Of a stretch of 64,000 nt of DNA, positions 27,991 to 38,584 are shown piece after piece. The notes beneath the pieces were generated by a model. It was not told the DNA's origin and made no database searches. It saw nothing but the letters and a program-made list of their open reading frames with translations. Both the position numbers and the translations under genes were made by a program. Within the stretch, counting starts at the first letter, position 1. The number at the start of each line of letters is the position of its first letter. Source of the stretch: Candidatus Binatia bacterium (lineage in GTDB: Bacteria > Desulfobacterota > Binatia > UBA9968 > JAJDTQ01); assembly GCA_963666515.2 (NCBI GenBank), contig OY762897.2, forward strand, positions 4,256,001 through 4,320,000, read 5' to 3'.

Positions 27991-29025
27991 CTATCCGCTC
28001 AGCTCATGCACCGCATCCACCATGGCCCTCACATGGTCCACCGGGGTTTCCGGCAGTATGCCGTGGCCGAGGTTGAAGATATGCCCCGGACGCCCTGCGG
28101 CGCGTTGGAGGATATTCCGTACCCGGCGGCGGATCTCGTCCGGCGGCGCGAACAGGGCCACGGGATCGAGGTTGCCCTGGATGGCCACGTCGTGGCCCAC
28201 GCGGCTCCAGGCCGTGTCCAGGTCCACGCGCCAGTCCACGCCCAGCACGTCGCTGCCGGCTTCCCGCATGAGCTCCAGCAGGCCGCCGGTGGCGGTGCCG
28301 AAGTGGATCACCGGGACGCCGGGCGTGACCTCCGCCATCAGGCGGCGCATGTGCGGCAGCACGTATTCGCGGTAGTCGTCGGGGGCCAGGCAGCCGACCC
28401 AGCTATCGAAGACCTGGAGGGCGTCGATGCCCGCCTCGATCTGCGCGTTGACGTAGGAGACCGTGGCCGTCACCAGCCGCTCCATCAGCGCGTTCCAGGC
28501 GCCGGGATCGGCGTGATACAGCCGCTTGGTGTGGATGTAGTTCCGCGACGCGCCGCCTTCGATCAAGTAGGACGCCAGCGTGAAGGGAGCGCCGCAGAAG
28601 CCGATCAGGGGCACGCGTCCGGCCAGCGCGGCGCGGGTGCTGCGGACGGCGGCGTACACGTACGCCAGGGACTCTTCCGGCGTCGGGTCGCGTAGCGCGT
28701 CCACGTCCCGGCCCGTTCGCACCGGCCGCTGAATCTTCGGGCCGCCCTCGGCGTATTCAAGCCCCACGCCCATGGGCTCCAGCAGCAGCAGGATGTCGGC
28801 GAAGAGTATGGCGGCGTCCACGTTGAGGCGTTCCACGGGCGTCACCGTCACTTCCGCCACGAGGTCCGGGGTCTTGCACAGGTCAAGGAAGCCGACCCTG
28901 GCCCGCACGTCGCGGTATTCCTTCATGTAGCGTCCGGCCTGGCGCATGAGCCATACCGGCGTGTAAGGTGTCCTGCTGCGGCGGCAGGCGGTGAGGAACG
29001 GGTGCGGTGAAGAAATTTCGGTCAT
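27991..29025 (-). CDS. hemE: Uroporphyrinogen decarboxylase
   Basis: PVWLMRQAGRY, DAAILFADIL, GFCGAPFTLASY, QVFDSW, QGNLDP, FNLGHG. Confidence 0.96.
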   Translation of the reverse strand: MTEISSPHPFLTACRRSRTPYTPVWLMRQAGRYMKEYRDVRARVGFLDLCKTPDLVAEVTVTPVERLNVDAAILFADILLLLEPMGVGLEYAEGGPKIQRPVRTGRDVDALRDPTPEESLAYVYAAVRSTRAALAGRVPLIGFCGAPFTLASYLIEGGASRNYIHTKRLYHADPGAWNALMERLVTATVSYVNAQIEAGIDALQVFDSWVGCLAPDDYREYVLPHMRRLMAEVTPGVPVIHFGTATGGLLELMREAGSDVLGVDWRVDLDTAWSRVGHDVAIQGNLDPVALFAPPDEIRRRVRNILQRAAGRPGHIFNLGHGILPETPVDHVRAMVDAVHELSG

Positions 29026-29040
29026 GGCGTCCGCGTGCGT

Positions 29041-30162
29041 TCAGTTCGAGCGGTTCTTGCCCGCGCCGAGGGTGACGGTCTCCTCGCCGTACTTGTGCCG
29101 CAGCCGGTCGATGCCCTTGTAGAGCCGGTCCATGGACGCCCGTTCCCGGTAGTCGAAGATGGAGTCCTGCCACCCCTCGGTGGTGATGCCGCTGGCGCTG
29201 ATGCCGAGGAGGCGGACCGCCTTGTCCGGCGCCAAGTTCCTCGCCAGCAGCTCCCGTGCGATCTTGAAGATGTCCACGTCGAAGCAGGTGGGCGCTTTAA
29301 GGGTCCGCGACCGGGTGATGGTTTTGAAGTCGGAGTAGCGTAGCTTGAGGGTGATGCGCCGCGCCCGGGCCTCCTGGCGGCGCAGTCTCGCCGCCACGTC
29401 TTCTACGAGGCCTCCCAGCACCCGCTCCATTTCCACCGGGTCGGTCAGCGATTGGGCAAGGGTGGTCTCGCTCCCGATCGAATGTTCGTGGACGTGGCCG
29501 CTCGACTCCGGGCGCTCCAGGTTCAGATAGCGCCGCCCGATCCGGGGGTGGGCAAGAAGCTGAGCCACGGTGGCGACGCCGCGGCCCGTCAGCTCCCGGT
29601 GCGTCTTGGGGCCGACGCCGGGGATGATCGAGACGTCGAGAGGACCGAGGAAACGTTCTTCCGATCCCGGCGGCACGTAGAGCAGCCCGCGCGGCTTGAC
29701 CGTGGTGGCGGCGATCTTGGCCACGGTGGGGTGGGTGGCGAGCCCGCCGGACGACGGCAGCCCCAACTCGTTCCTGATGCGGCCGATGATTTCGTGGGCG
29801 ACGCGGATGGGATGCCCCATCAGCCGTTCCGTGCCGGTCAGGTTGACCAGCCCCTCGTCGATGGAGAAAGCACGGACGTCGGGCGAGAAGGAACGGAGCA
29901 GGTCGAATACCTTTCTGGAGAACTCGCTGTAGACCTTGCGCCGGCCGGGAACGAATATCCCGTCCGGGCAGAGCCGGCGCGCCTGGAATCCGGGCATGGC
30001 GGACCGGACCCCGAATTGACGCGCCTCGTAGGAGGCCGAGGTGACCACCCCGCGGCCGCTGCCGCCCCCCACCATCACCGGCTTGCCTTCCAGGGAAGGG
30101 TCGAGGACACGCTCCACGGACACGTAGAACGAGTCCATGTCGATGTGCAGGTAGGAGGCCAT
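29041..30162 (-). CDS. dinB: DNA polymerase IV
   Basis: HIDMDSFYVSVE, SASYEAR.FGVRSAMP, SIDE, KPRG, IPGVG, LKLRYSDF. Confidence 0.93.
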   Translation of the reverse strand: MASYLHIDMDSFYVSVERVLDPSLEGKPVMVGGGSGRGVVTSASYEARQFGVRSAMPGFQARRLCPDGIFVPGRRKVYSEFSRKVFDLLRSFSPDVRAFSIDEGLVNLTGTERLMGHPIRVAHEIIGRIRNELGLPSSGGLATHPTVAKIAATTVKPRGLLYVPPGSEERFLGPLDVSIIPGVGPKTHRELTGRGVATVAQLLAHPRIGRRYLNLERPESSGHVHEHSIGSETTLAQSLTDPVEMERVLGGLVEDVAARLRRQEARARRITLKLRYSDFKTITRSRTLKAPTCFDVDIFKIARELLARNLAPDKAVRLLGISASGITTEGWQDSIFDYRERASMDRLYKGIDRLRHKYGEETVTLGAGKNRSN

Positions 30163-30293
30163 GTTCTTCTTCCCGAATGTTAACAGTCTTGGCGCCGGGG
30201 AGTCCATCTTGCACTCAGGGAACGCGTGCGCCGGGTGCGAGTGGCATTCCTGTTGCTGCCACCCTATGATGAATGGCCGCGAGGGGATCAGGC

Positions 30294-31655
30294 ATGGCAC
30301 GAGCCAGGGTCGTCTACGAGTGTCAGAACTGCGGCTTCCAGTCGCCCAAGTGGCTGGGGCGGTGCCCGGACTGCGGCCGGTGGGACTCGCTGGTGGAGGA
30401 AGCGGTGGCGCCCCAGACCGGCGCCGCCAGGGACGGGGACGCCGGCCCGGCGCGCGCGCCGTCGCCCATGCACGAGGTCACCGCGGACACCGACAGCCGC
30501 CTGCGCTCCGGCATCGAGGAGTTCGACCGGGTGCTGGGGGGCGGCTTGGTGGACGGCTCCGCGGTGCTCATCGGCGGCGATCCCGGCATCGGCAAGTCTA
30601 CGCTGCTGCTCCAGGCGGTGGCGGCGCTGAGCCATGACGGGCCGCCGTGCCTCTACGTCTCCGGCGAGGAGTCGGAACAGCAGGTGAAGATGCGCGGGCG
30701 GCGCATCTCGCTGGCGTCTTCGAGCCTGCTGGTGCTGAGCGAGACCTCGCTGGAACGCATCCTGGAACAGGTCAGGATCGTCAAGCCCGCGGTGCTGGTG
30801 GTGGACTCCATCCAGACGGTGCACACCTCGGCCATCCCGTCCGCACCCGGGAGCATCGGCCAGGTGCGGGAGTGCTCGGCCGCGCTGATCTCCATGGCCA
30901 AGAAGAGCGGCGTCGCCACGTTCCTCGTCGGCCACGTGACCAAGGACGGCGCCATCGCCGGCCCGCGCGTCCTGGAGCACATGGTGGACACGGTGCTCTA
31001 CTTCGAGGGCGAGCGGGGCCACAGCTTCCGCATCCTGCGGGCGGTCAAGAACCGCTTCGGCTCCACCAACGAGATCGGCGTGTTCGAGATGCAGGAAGCG
31101 GGACTGCGGGAAGTGCCCAACCCCTCGCAGATATTCCTGTCCGAGCGCCCCCTGGGAGGGTCGGGCTCGGTGGTGGTCCCCAGCATGGAGGGGACGCGCC
31201 CGATCCTGGTGGAGATACAGTCGCTGGTGACACGGTCCTATCTCAACCTGCCCAGGCGCACCTGCATCGGTGTCGACGCCAACCGCCTCGCCCTGATCCT
31301 GGCCATCCTGGAGAAGCGGAAGGGGATGAACTTCTTCGACAAGGACGTGTTCATCAACGTCGCCGGCGGCGTGACCGTCTCGGAACCGGCCGTGGACCTG
31401 GGGCTCGCCGTAGGGGTGGCCTCCAGCGCGCTGGACCGCCCGGTGGACCCCCACATGATCTTCGTCGGCGAAGTGGGGCTCGCCGGCGAGATACGCACCG
31501 TGACCCGCGCCGAGGAGCGGGTGGCCGAGGCCGGCAAGCTTGGTTTCCGCAGGTGCGTGCTGCCCCAAGGCAACCGCCGGCAGCTCCCGCACGTCGAGCA
31601 GCCCGAGCTGCTGGGAGTGGCCTCGCTCGAGGAATGCTGGGAGATCCTCTTCTGA
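30294..31655 (+). CDS. radA: DNA repair protein RadA/Sms
   Basis: CQNCG...WLGRCPDC zinc finger, GDPGIGKST, KNRFG, Lon-like C-terminus. Confidence 0.96.
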   Translation: MARARVVYECQNCGFQSPKWLGRCPDCGRWDSLVEEAVAPQTGAARDGDAGPARAPSPMHEVTADTDSRLRSGIEEFDRVLGGGLVDGSAVLIGGDPGIGKSTLLLQAVAALSHDGPPCLYVSGEESEQQVKMRGRRISLASSSLLVLSETSLERILEQVRIVKPAVLVVDSIQTVHTSAIPSAPGSIGQVRECSAALISMAKKSGVATFLVGHVTKDGAIAGPRVLEHMVDTVLYFEGERGHSFRILRAVKNRFGSTNEIGVFEMQEAGLREVPNPSQIFLSERPLGGSGSVVVPSMEGTRPILVEIQSLVTRSYLNLPRRTCIGVDANRLALILAILEKRKGMNFFDKDVFINVAGGVTVSEPAVDLGLAVGVASSALDRPVDPHMIFVGEVGLAGEIRTVTRAEERVAEAGKLGFRRCVLPQGNRRQLPHVEQPELLGVASLEECWEILF

Positions 31656-31700
31656 TATCAACGAGTTGGGGCTGTTGGGGTCAGGTCTTGGACTCACCCG

Positions 31701-32708
31701 TCAACCCAGCGCCGGCATCACTTTTTCCGAGAAGAGACCCACCGAACGCAGCGCTTCGTCTAGGGAGATGTCGCCGAAGGCGAACTGGCCGACGAGGTAG
31801 TTGGCGCCGGCGGTGTCGAGTTGCGACTGAAGGAACGCCCGGACCGTATCCGGACTGCCCGCGATGCCCTGACCCGAAGCCATGACCCCATCGAAATCCG
31901 GCGGTCGCGGGTGCCTCGGCGAGCTTCCCCGGAGCCGGAAAAGGAACGTGAAGCTTCGGTGCCAGACGGGATAGGCCCTGCGGGCGATGCGAAGCGCCTC
32001 GGCGTCGTCCTCGGCCACCACCACGAAACGCCCGAGACCGATCCGGGGCAGGACCGCCCCATCCTCCCCGTGAACCTCCCGCCACACCTCCCGGAACCGG
32101 TCGGTGAAGCTCCGCGTGGGAGCGGCCGGGTCCAGGCTCACGATGTTGAGCCCCCGGCGCGCGGCCCGCTCGGCGCTCTCGGTGGAATGGACGCCGTACC
32201 ACAGCGGCGGATGGGGCTTCTGCAACGGCTCCAGCTCCATGGGCACGTCCGTGAAGGTGAAGAACTCGCCGGTGAAGTCCAGAGTCTTCCGGGTCAACCC
32301 TCGCAGGACGAGGTCGAGCCCCTCGGCGTAGATCCGCTGCGCCTCCTCCGGGTTCTGCCCGTACACCGCCAGCTCGATGGGGGAAGAGCCGCGGCCGAAA
32401 CCGATGTCGAGGCGCCCGCCGCTCATCTGGTCAAGCATGCAGATCTCCTCGATGAGCCGGAGTGGATGGTAGAGCGGCAGCGCATAGACCATCGGCCCGA
32501 AGCGAAGCCGCCGGGTGCGCTGGGCCACGGCGGCGAGGAACACGCTGGGGGACGGCGCCATGCCCAGCGGCGTCGAGTGGTGCTCCGCCACGTGGTAGGC
32601 GTAGAACCCTTCGCGCTCGTACGCCTCGATGAGCGTCAGGCGCGCCTCGTAGTAGTCCCTCAACGGCAGGTCGCCGCGGTCCAGATGATCGAATACGCCG
32701 AAATCCAT
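31701..32708 (-). CDS. LLM class flavin-dependent oxidoreductase
   Basis: MDFGVFDH, AEHHSTP, HPLRLIEEICMLDQMSGGR, PLQKPHPPLW, GSPDTV. Confidence 0.92.
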   Translation of the reverse strand: MDFGVFDHLDRGDLPLRDYYEARLTLIEAYEREGFYAYHVAEHHSTPLGMAPSPSVFLAAVAQRTRRLRFGPMVYALPLYHPLRLIEEICMLDQMSGGRLDIGFGRGSSPIELAVYGQNPEEAQRIYAEGLDLVLRGLTRKTLDFTGEFFTFTDVPMELEPLQKPHPPLWYGVHSTESAERAARRGLNIVSLDPAAPTRSFTDRFREVWREVHGEDGAVLPRIGLGRFVVVAEDDAEALRIARRAYPVWHRSFTFLFRLRGSSPRHPRPPDFDGVMASGQGIAGSPDTVRAFLQSQLDTAGANYLVGQFAFGDISLDEALRSVGLFSEKVMPALG

Positions 32709-32981
32709 GGGTGGGGCCGGTGCCGCACGGGAAAGAGCCGGTTTCGGATTACGACAGTCCGTGGATGCTGTCAACCGGCGTTTCCCCTCGTGCACGTCGT
32801 TTCAGAAAGCCGGGGCACGAGGCTTCGGCCTCCCCGGCACAGGGCCTGACGCGTCCTCCTGGACAGCACCGGCGAAGAATGACATAAGTTGAAGGAAGTT
32901 CAGCCCGTTCCCGGTCCCGACAGCACCACTTCCCGCAGTTCCTTTCAACGGGTCCCGCTGACGCGGTCGGCAGGAACCACC

Positions 32982-33797
32982 ATGCCCGACATCATCCTGT
33001 CCGACATCGTCCTCTACCTCGTATCCGGCGTCGTGCTGGGCTTTCTCATCGGCCTGACCGGCATCGGCGGCGGGGTGCTCACGGTGCCGTTCCTGCTGCT
33101 CGTCATCAAGCTGGAGCCCATCGCCGCGGTGGGGACGGCGGGCCTCTACGGCGTCCTCACCAAGATATGGGCCGCGGTCCGGCACTACCGGCAGGGGACC
33201 GTCAACCTGGACGTGGGCGTGCGGTTCTTTCTCGCCGCGGTCCCGGGAATCCTGGCGGGCTCACTGGCGGTGAAGTGGAGCCGGGTCTCGCTTTCCCCGA
33301 GCGGGGTCGAGACGCTCCAGGACATCGTGAGCTACATGGTCCTGGCGTCCATCTGCTTCGCGCTGGTGGCGCTGCTGTTAGACTACGACCGGCTGGACAC
33401 CCGCTTCCTCTCGTCCAGGAGGGGGGCCGCGGTGAAGTTCCCGTGCCTGTTTCTGGTGGGCGCGGTGATGGGGATGACGTCCATCGGAGGAGGCATCCTG
33501 ATCATTCCTTCGCTGCTGCTCTTCTACCGGGAGACGTCCCGCTACGTCGGCACGTCCATCTTCGTGGCGCTTCTCCTGATGACGGTGATGTCGGCCCTTT
33601 ACGCGTTCATCGGCCGGGGTCAGGGCGTCACCGACGTCGATTTCACCGCCGCCGTCTTCATGTCCGCGGGGTCCTTGGCCGGGGTCTACTACGGCGCCGC
33701 GCTGTGCAAGCGGATGCACCCGAGACGGCTTCAGGCCGTGGTGGTCGGGGTGATCGTCCTCGCCGCGGTGATGATGGTGGCCGACCGGTTCTGGTAG
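32982..33797 (+). CDS. TSUP (TauE/SafE) family membrane transporter
   Basis: GLTGIGGG and repeated GMTSIGGG; AVGT/VGTS; multiple TM helices. Confidence 0.88.
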   Translation: MPDIILSDIVLYLVSGVVLGFLIGLTGIGGGVLTVPFLLLVIKLEPIAAVGTAGLYGVLTKIWAAVRHYRQGTVNLDVGVRFFLAAVPGILAGSLAVKWSRVSLSPSGVETLQDIVSYMVLASICFALVALLLDYDRLDTRFLSSRRGAAVKFPCLFLVGAVMGMTSIGGGILIIPSLLLFYRETSRYVGTSIFVALLLMTVMSALYAFIGRGQGVTDVDFTAAVFMSAGSLAGVYYGAALCKRMHPRRLQAVVVGVIVLAAVMMVADRFW

Positions 33798-33949
33798 CTC
33801 CGCCCGGCCCCGGCGCCTCCGCCCGCGGGCCGCGCCGCCGAAGATTTGACCCGAGGCCGCCCAGGAACTATTACAAGTAGATTAAATCAGGCACGACGCG
33901 CGTGCCACGCGGGCTCGGAGGTAGAGCCTGCCCCCTTTCATCCTGACAG

Positions 33950-35899
33950 ATGGCGACCAACGACAGGCCGGCAAACGGTCCGGCTTCCGGCAACGGAATC
34001 GACTCCGACGTAGGGAAGTACGTATACGCGCGTACGTACGCCGGCATGGCCCTCGACAAGGACCGTGACGCGGGTGACGACGCCGCGGTGGTGTGGCGCA
34101 TCTTCAAGCTGGCCGCGCAGCGGCGGGTGCGGCTGGCGCTGGCGGCGGTGACGATCGTGGCGGCGGGGTTCTTCCAGCTCCTGATCCCCCAGTACCTGGG
34201 CGACGCCGTGGACGGCGCCGTCATGCTGCTGGGGAGCGCGTCGGTCTCCGCGCAAGAAGCGCGGGACGTCCTCTACGAAACGGCGCTGCTGCTGCTGGGC
34301 GCCTCGGTCCTGCGCGGCCTGTTCACCCTGACCCACAACTACTGCGGCGAAACGCTCGGGCATCAACTCGCCTACCGGCTCCGGATGGCCTTCTACGACA
34401 AGCTGCAGCATCTGAACTTCTCCTTTCACGACCGTGTCCATACCGGCGAGCTCATCACCCGCGGGATGCTGGACCTGGAAGGGGTGCGCTCCTTCATGAA
34501 CATGGGCCCGCTGCGGCTGCTGCTGTTCTCCGTGCTGATCGGGGTGGGAGCCTACCTGATGCTGTCCACGGACGTGTTCCTGGGAGTCCTGAGCCTCAGC
34601 TTCGTGCCGTTCGTCGCGTGGCGCTCCACCACCGCCCGGCTGCGGCTGCGGGAGATGTGGTTCGCCTTGCAGGAGCGCATGGCCGTGCTCGGCCGGATCA
34701 TGGACGAGAACCTCACCGGCATCCGGGTGGTGCGGGCGTTCGGCGCCGAGTCCCACGAGCTGGACAAGTACCAGGCCGCCTCGGATCACGCGCTGGCGCT
34801 GGCGGCCCGGCGCATCCGCACCCGCGTTTCCGCCGCTACTTCCATGAACTTCGCGTTTTTCGTCGCCATGGGCCTGGTGCTGTGGGTCGGGGGATTGCGC
34901 GTGATCAACGGCGCCATCACCGTGGGCACCCTGACGGAGTTCATCTTCTTCATGACCCTTCTCCAGCAGCCGGTGCGCCAGCTCGGCATGGTGGTGAACG
35001 CGTTCGCCAGGGCGTCCACCTGCGGCTCGCGGCTGTTCGCGGTGCTGGACCTGGAGCCGCCCATACGCGACCGCGACGGCGCGACGTCGCTGCAGGTCAC
35101 GGACGGTGTCCTGGAATTCGAGGACGTCTCCTTTGCCTATGCGGGCGAAGGGGCGCCGCCGGTCCTCCGCGGAGTCTCGTTCCGGGTGGAACGGGGCAAG
35201 ACCCTCGGCATCGTCGGCCCTCCCGGCAGCGGCAAGTCCACCATCGCCCATCTCCTTCCGCGCTACTACGACGTGTCCGGCGGGCGCATCACGGTGGACG
35301 GCCAGGACATTCGCGGCGTCACCCTCGACTCCCTGCGCCGGACGGTGCGCGTGGTCCAGCAGGATACGTTCCTGTTCACGTCGTCTCTGGAGAACAACAT
35401 CGCCTACGGCGACCCGTGGGCCGATGACGGCGCCATCCGGGACTCCGCGGCCACCGCCCGGATCGACGGGTTCATCGACCAGTTGCCTGACCGCTACGAG
35501 ACCCTGGTGGGCGAGCGCGGGGTGTCGCTGTCCGGCGGGCAGAAGCAGCGCGTGGCCATTGCCCGCACCGCGATGTTGCGGCCGGCGGTGCTGGTGCTGG
35601 ACGATTCCATGGCCGCCATCGACGCGGGTACCGAGCAGCGCATCCGCGAAGCCTTGAAGGAGCACACCGCAAGCTGCGCCACGCTCATCGTTTCCCACCG
35701 TCTGGGGGCGTTGCGGCACGCCGACGAGATCATCTTCATCGAGGACGGTCGCGTCATGGAACGCGGCACCCACGACGAGTTGGTGGCGCTGCGCGGGAGA
35801 TACGCCGCGCTGTTCGCCCTCCAGACCCTGGACGGCCCGCTCCAGGATGTCGTTGACCTTGCGGCCGAAGCCGGCGCCCGGGAGGGGACGGGAGCATGA
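33950..35899 (+). CDS. ABC exporter, fused permease/ATPase (heterodimer subunit 1)
   Basis: TM domain, GPPGSGKS, LSGGQKQR, degenerate Walker B LVLDD, VSHR. Confidence 0.92.
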   Translation: MATNDRPANGPASGNGIDSDVGKYVYARTYAGMALDKDRDAGDDAAVVWRIFKLAAQRRVRLALAAVTIVAAGFFQLLIPQYLGDAVDGAVMLLGSASVSAQEARDVLYETALLLLGASVLRGLFTLTHNYCGETLGHQLAYRLRMAFYDKLQHLNFSFHDRVHTGELITRGMLDLEGVRSFMNMGPLRLLLFSVLIGVGAYLMLSTDVFLGVLSLSFVPFVAWRSTTARLRLREMWFALQERMAVLGRIMDENLTGIRVVRAFGAESHELDKYQAASDHALALAARRIRTRVSAATSMNFAFFVAMGLVLWVGGLRVINGAITVGTLTEFIFFMTLLQQPVRQLGMVVNAFARASTCGSRLFAVLDLEPPIRDRDGATSLQVTDGVLEFEDVSFAYAGEGAPPVLRGVSFRVERGKTLGIVGPPGSGKSTIAHLLPRYYDVSGGRITVDGQDIRGVTLDSLRRTVRVVQQDTFLFTSSLENNIAYGDPWADDGAIRDSAATARIDGFIDQLPDRYETLVGERGVSLSGGQKQRVAIARTAMLRPAVLVLDDSMAAIDAGTEQRIREALKEHTASCATLIVSHRLGALRHADEIIFIEDGRVMERGTHDELVALRGRYAALFALQTLDGPLQDVVDLAAEAGAREGTGA

Positions 35900-37773
35900 C
35901 GCCGACCAGGACATGGGGCGGCCGGACGCGCCCGCCGAAGGCCGTGGTGGGCTCGCAGATCAGCCGCGACGAGGAGATGTTCGGCGCTGCCTTCGACCGT
36001 CACGTGATACGGCGTTTCCTGGCCTATGTCCATCCCTACCGGCGGCGTCTCTACACCGCCATCGGCGCCCTGCTGCTCTTCACCGGCGCCCAGTTGGCCA
36101 TCCCCCTGGTGGTCCGTTACGCCATCGACTACGCCATCGTTGCCGGCGACGCCGGGCTGCTGGGCTTCGCCGTCGCCGTCTTCTTCGCGGTGATCCTCGT
36201 GAATTATGCGGCCAACTTCACCCAGGACTGGCTCGTGAGCTTCGCCGGCGAGCAGGTCATCTTCGACCTGCGCCGCGCCATGTTCGCCCATCTGCAATAC
36301 GTCGCCCTGGCCTTCATGGACAAGACCGAAGTGGGGCGCATGATGTCGCGGCTGCAGGGAGACGTGTACTCGCTCCAGGAGTTCCTGGAAAACTCCATCA
36401 CGGCCCTGGGCGATCTCCTGCTGTTGTTCGGCATCGTCGCCATCATGCTGTGGCTGGACTTCGATCTCGGCCTGCTGACGCTGTCGGTGGTGCCGGTGCT
36501 CCTGCTGGTCCGCATGGTATGGCTGCCGCGCGCCCGGGTTGCCTTCCGCTACGCGCGGGAGACCAATTCCATCGCCAACGGCGCCCTGGCCGAAGGCATT
36601 CACGCCGTACGCACCGTGCAGGGCATGCGGCGGGAGGCCGTCAACTTCCATCTCTACGACGAGAAGGGGACGGAGAACCTCAATGCCCACCTGCGGTCGG
36701 CCCAGTATGCCCAGGTGCTGGTGCCCATCGTCGATACGTTGACCGGCGTGGCCCTCGGAGTGGTGGTGGTGGTGGGCGGCGCCCTGGTGCTCGACGACTC
36801 CCTGGACCTCGGCGTGATGGCGGCGTTTCTGCTCTACGTGCAGCGGTTCTTCGACCCCATCCGCTCCCTCACCATCCAGTACAGCGTCATGCAACGGGCC
36901 ATGGCCTCGGGCCAGCGCATCTTCGAGGTGCTGGACGTGCCGCTGGCCGTCCAGGACAAGCCCGACGCCATCGCACCCGAGGACGTCGCCGGCCGGATCG
37001 AGTTCCGTGACGTCACTTTCGGCTACGAGAAGCACCTGCCGGTGCTGAAGAACGTCAACTTCACCATCGAGCCCGGCGAGACGGTGGCGCTGGTGGGGCC
37101 CACCGGCTCCGGCAAGACCAGCACGACGGCGCTGCTGCACCGCTTCTACGACGTGTGGGAAGGGGCCGTCCTGCTCGACGGCCGCGACGTGCGGGACTAC
37201 GCATCCGCGGCGCTGGGCCGGCACATCGCCATGGTGCTGCAGGACCCGTTCCTGTTCACCGGGACGATCCGGGACAACATCCGCTTCCGCACCACCCACG
37301 CCACCGACCGGGACGTGGAGCGGGCAGCGAGGATCGTCGGCGCCCATGAGTTCATCATGCGCTGGCCGGACGGCTACGACACCATGCTCGAACAGGGGGG
37401 CGGCAACCTGTCGCTGGGACAGCGCCAGCTTCTGAGCTTCGCCCGCGCGCTGGTGGCGGACGCCCGGGTGCTGGTGCTGGACGAAGCCACCGCCAACATC
37501 GATTCCTACACCGAGCGGCAGATCCAGATCGGTCTTGCCGCGCTGCTGGAAGGCCGCACCGGCATCGTCATCGCCCACCGGCTTGCCACGATCCGCGACG
37601 CCGACCGCATCATCGTGCTGCAGGACGGCCGCATCGTCGAGACCGGCACCCACCAGGAGCTGACCGCGCGGAAAGGCCTCTACGCGCGGCTGTACGCTCT
37701 CAACTACACTTCTTTCGACGACCTGCCGGAGGATCTGGTCAAGGACGCGGTGGGGGAGACGGCCCGTTCCTAG
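35896..37773 (+). CDS. ABC exporter, fused permease/ATPase (heterodimer subunit 2)
   Basis: ATGA overlap; GPTGSGKT, LSLGQRQ, LVLDEAT, IAHR. Confidence 0.92.
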   Translation: MTPTRTWGGRTRPPKAVVGSQISRDEEMFGAAFDRHVIRRFLAYVHPYRRRLYTAIGALLLFTGAQLAIPLVVRYAIDYAIVAGDAGLLGFAVAVFFAVILVNYAANFTQDWLVSFAGEQVIFDLRRAMFAHLQYVALAFMDKTEVGRMMSRLQGDVYSLQEFLENSITALGDLLLLFGIVAIMLWLDFDLGLLTLSVVPVLLLVRMVWLPRARVAFRYARETNSIANGALAEGIHAVRTVQGMRREAVNFHLYDEKGTENLNAHLRSAQYAQVLVPIVDTLTGVALGVVVVVGGALVLDDSLDLGVMAAFLLYVQRFFDPIRSLTIQYSVMQRAMASGQRIFEVLDVPLAVQDKPDAIAPEDVAGRIEFRDVTFGYEKHLPVLKNVNFTIEPGETVALVGPTGSGKTSTTALLHRFYDVWEGAVLLDGRDVRDYASAALGRHIAMVLQDPFLFTGTIRDNIRFRTTHATDRDVERAARIVGAHEFIMRWPDGYDTMLEQGGGNLSLGQRQLLSFARALVADARVLVLDEATANIDSYTERQIQIGLAALLEGRTGIVIAHRLATIRDADRIIVLQDGRIVETGTHQELTARKGLYARLYALNYTSFDDLPEDLVKDAVGETARS

Positions 37774-37785
37774 CGGGACGGGGCC

Positions 37786-38373
37786 CTAGCCCGCCTCGGG
37801 CAACAGGTCGCCCGCCTGTTTGATGATGGACTGCAACAGTCCCTGGTCCGGACGGCTGCGCGCAAGCACCAGCATACCCAGGAAAAGTGTGTGGAGGGTT
37901 CGCGCCGTGGAAGCCGGGTCCACGGTATCCGAGATCTCGTCGGAGGCCTGCCCCCGTTCGATCGAGGTCTGGAAGAAGTCCTCGACGTCGGCAAACCCGT
38001 CGACCACGACGGACCCGATCTCGGGGTCGTGAGGCGAAAGCTCGAGCGCCGTGTTGACCAGAAAGCAGCCGTCGCGGGAACCTTGATCCAGCACCGTCTC
38101 GGCGACGAACTCGAACGGGTTCAGCACCGCTTGGCGCGGCGGTTTCGACGACGAAAGATCCGCATAGTAATTCGCGCGCTCCGTGTAGTAGTGGCGCAAC
38201 GCCCTCATGAACAGGGAACGCTTTCCGCCGAAGGTCCCGTAAAGGCTGCCCCGCCCGATGCCCATACCGTCCACGAGATCCTGTATGGAAGTCGCCTTGT
38301 AGCCATGGACCCAGAAGAGCCGCATCGCCTTCATCAAGGCCTCGTGCTCGTCGAACTCCTTTGGTCTACCCAT
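37786..38373 (-). CDS. TetR/AcrR family regulator (NemR/ComR-like)
   Basis: MGRPKEFD, FWVHGYKATS, GSLYGTFGGK, GCFLVN. Confidence 0.9.
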   Translation of the reverse strand: MGRPKEFDEHEALMKAMRLFWVHGYKATSIQDLVDGMGIGRGSLYGTFGGKRSLFMRALRHYYTERANYYADLSSSKPPRQAVLNPFEFVAETVLDQGSRDGCFLVNTALELSPHDPEIGSVVVDGFADVEDFFQTSIERGQASDEISDTVDPASTARTLHTLFLGMLVLARSRPDQGLLQSIIKQAGDLLPEAG

Positions 38374-38527
38374 AAACGGTTTCCCTTCACGCGCCTACCT
38401 TGTCGTCCAAGGGAATGCACGGGTCTCAGCAGACTAGTCCTGCGACTTCATGCCGTGAAGCGGAGGGTGCGATATTACAATATTGGTATAGCTGAAATCA
38501 ACCAGTGCAAAGAACAATGATTTCCGA

Positions 38528-38584
38528 TTCGCGAAGGGACAGATACCGCCACTTCGCGAAGTGGCGGATTGCTGATTCACGAAG
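38528..38584. promoter_or_regulatory. 22-bp perfect palindrome within three TTCRCGAAG motifs
   Basis: CCGCCACTTCGCGAAGTGGCGG (38546-38567); TTCGCGAAG at 38528 and 38553, TTCACGAAG at 38576. Confidence 0.55.

Noticed and set aside
30163-30293. Possible LexA/SOS box between divergent dinB and radA
   Set aside because: Only a short TGTTAACA palindrome; no match to LexA motifs I know.
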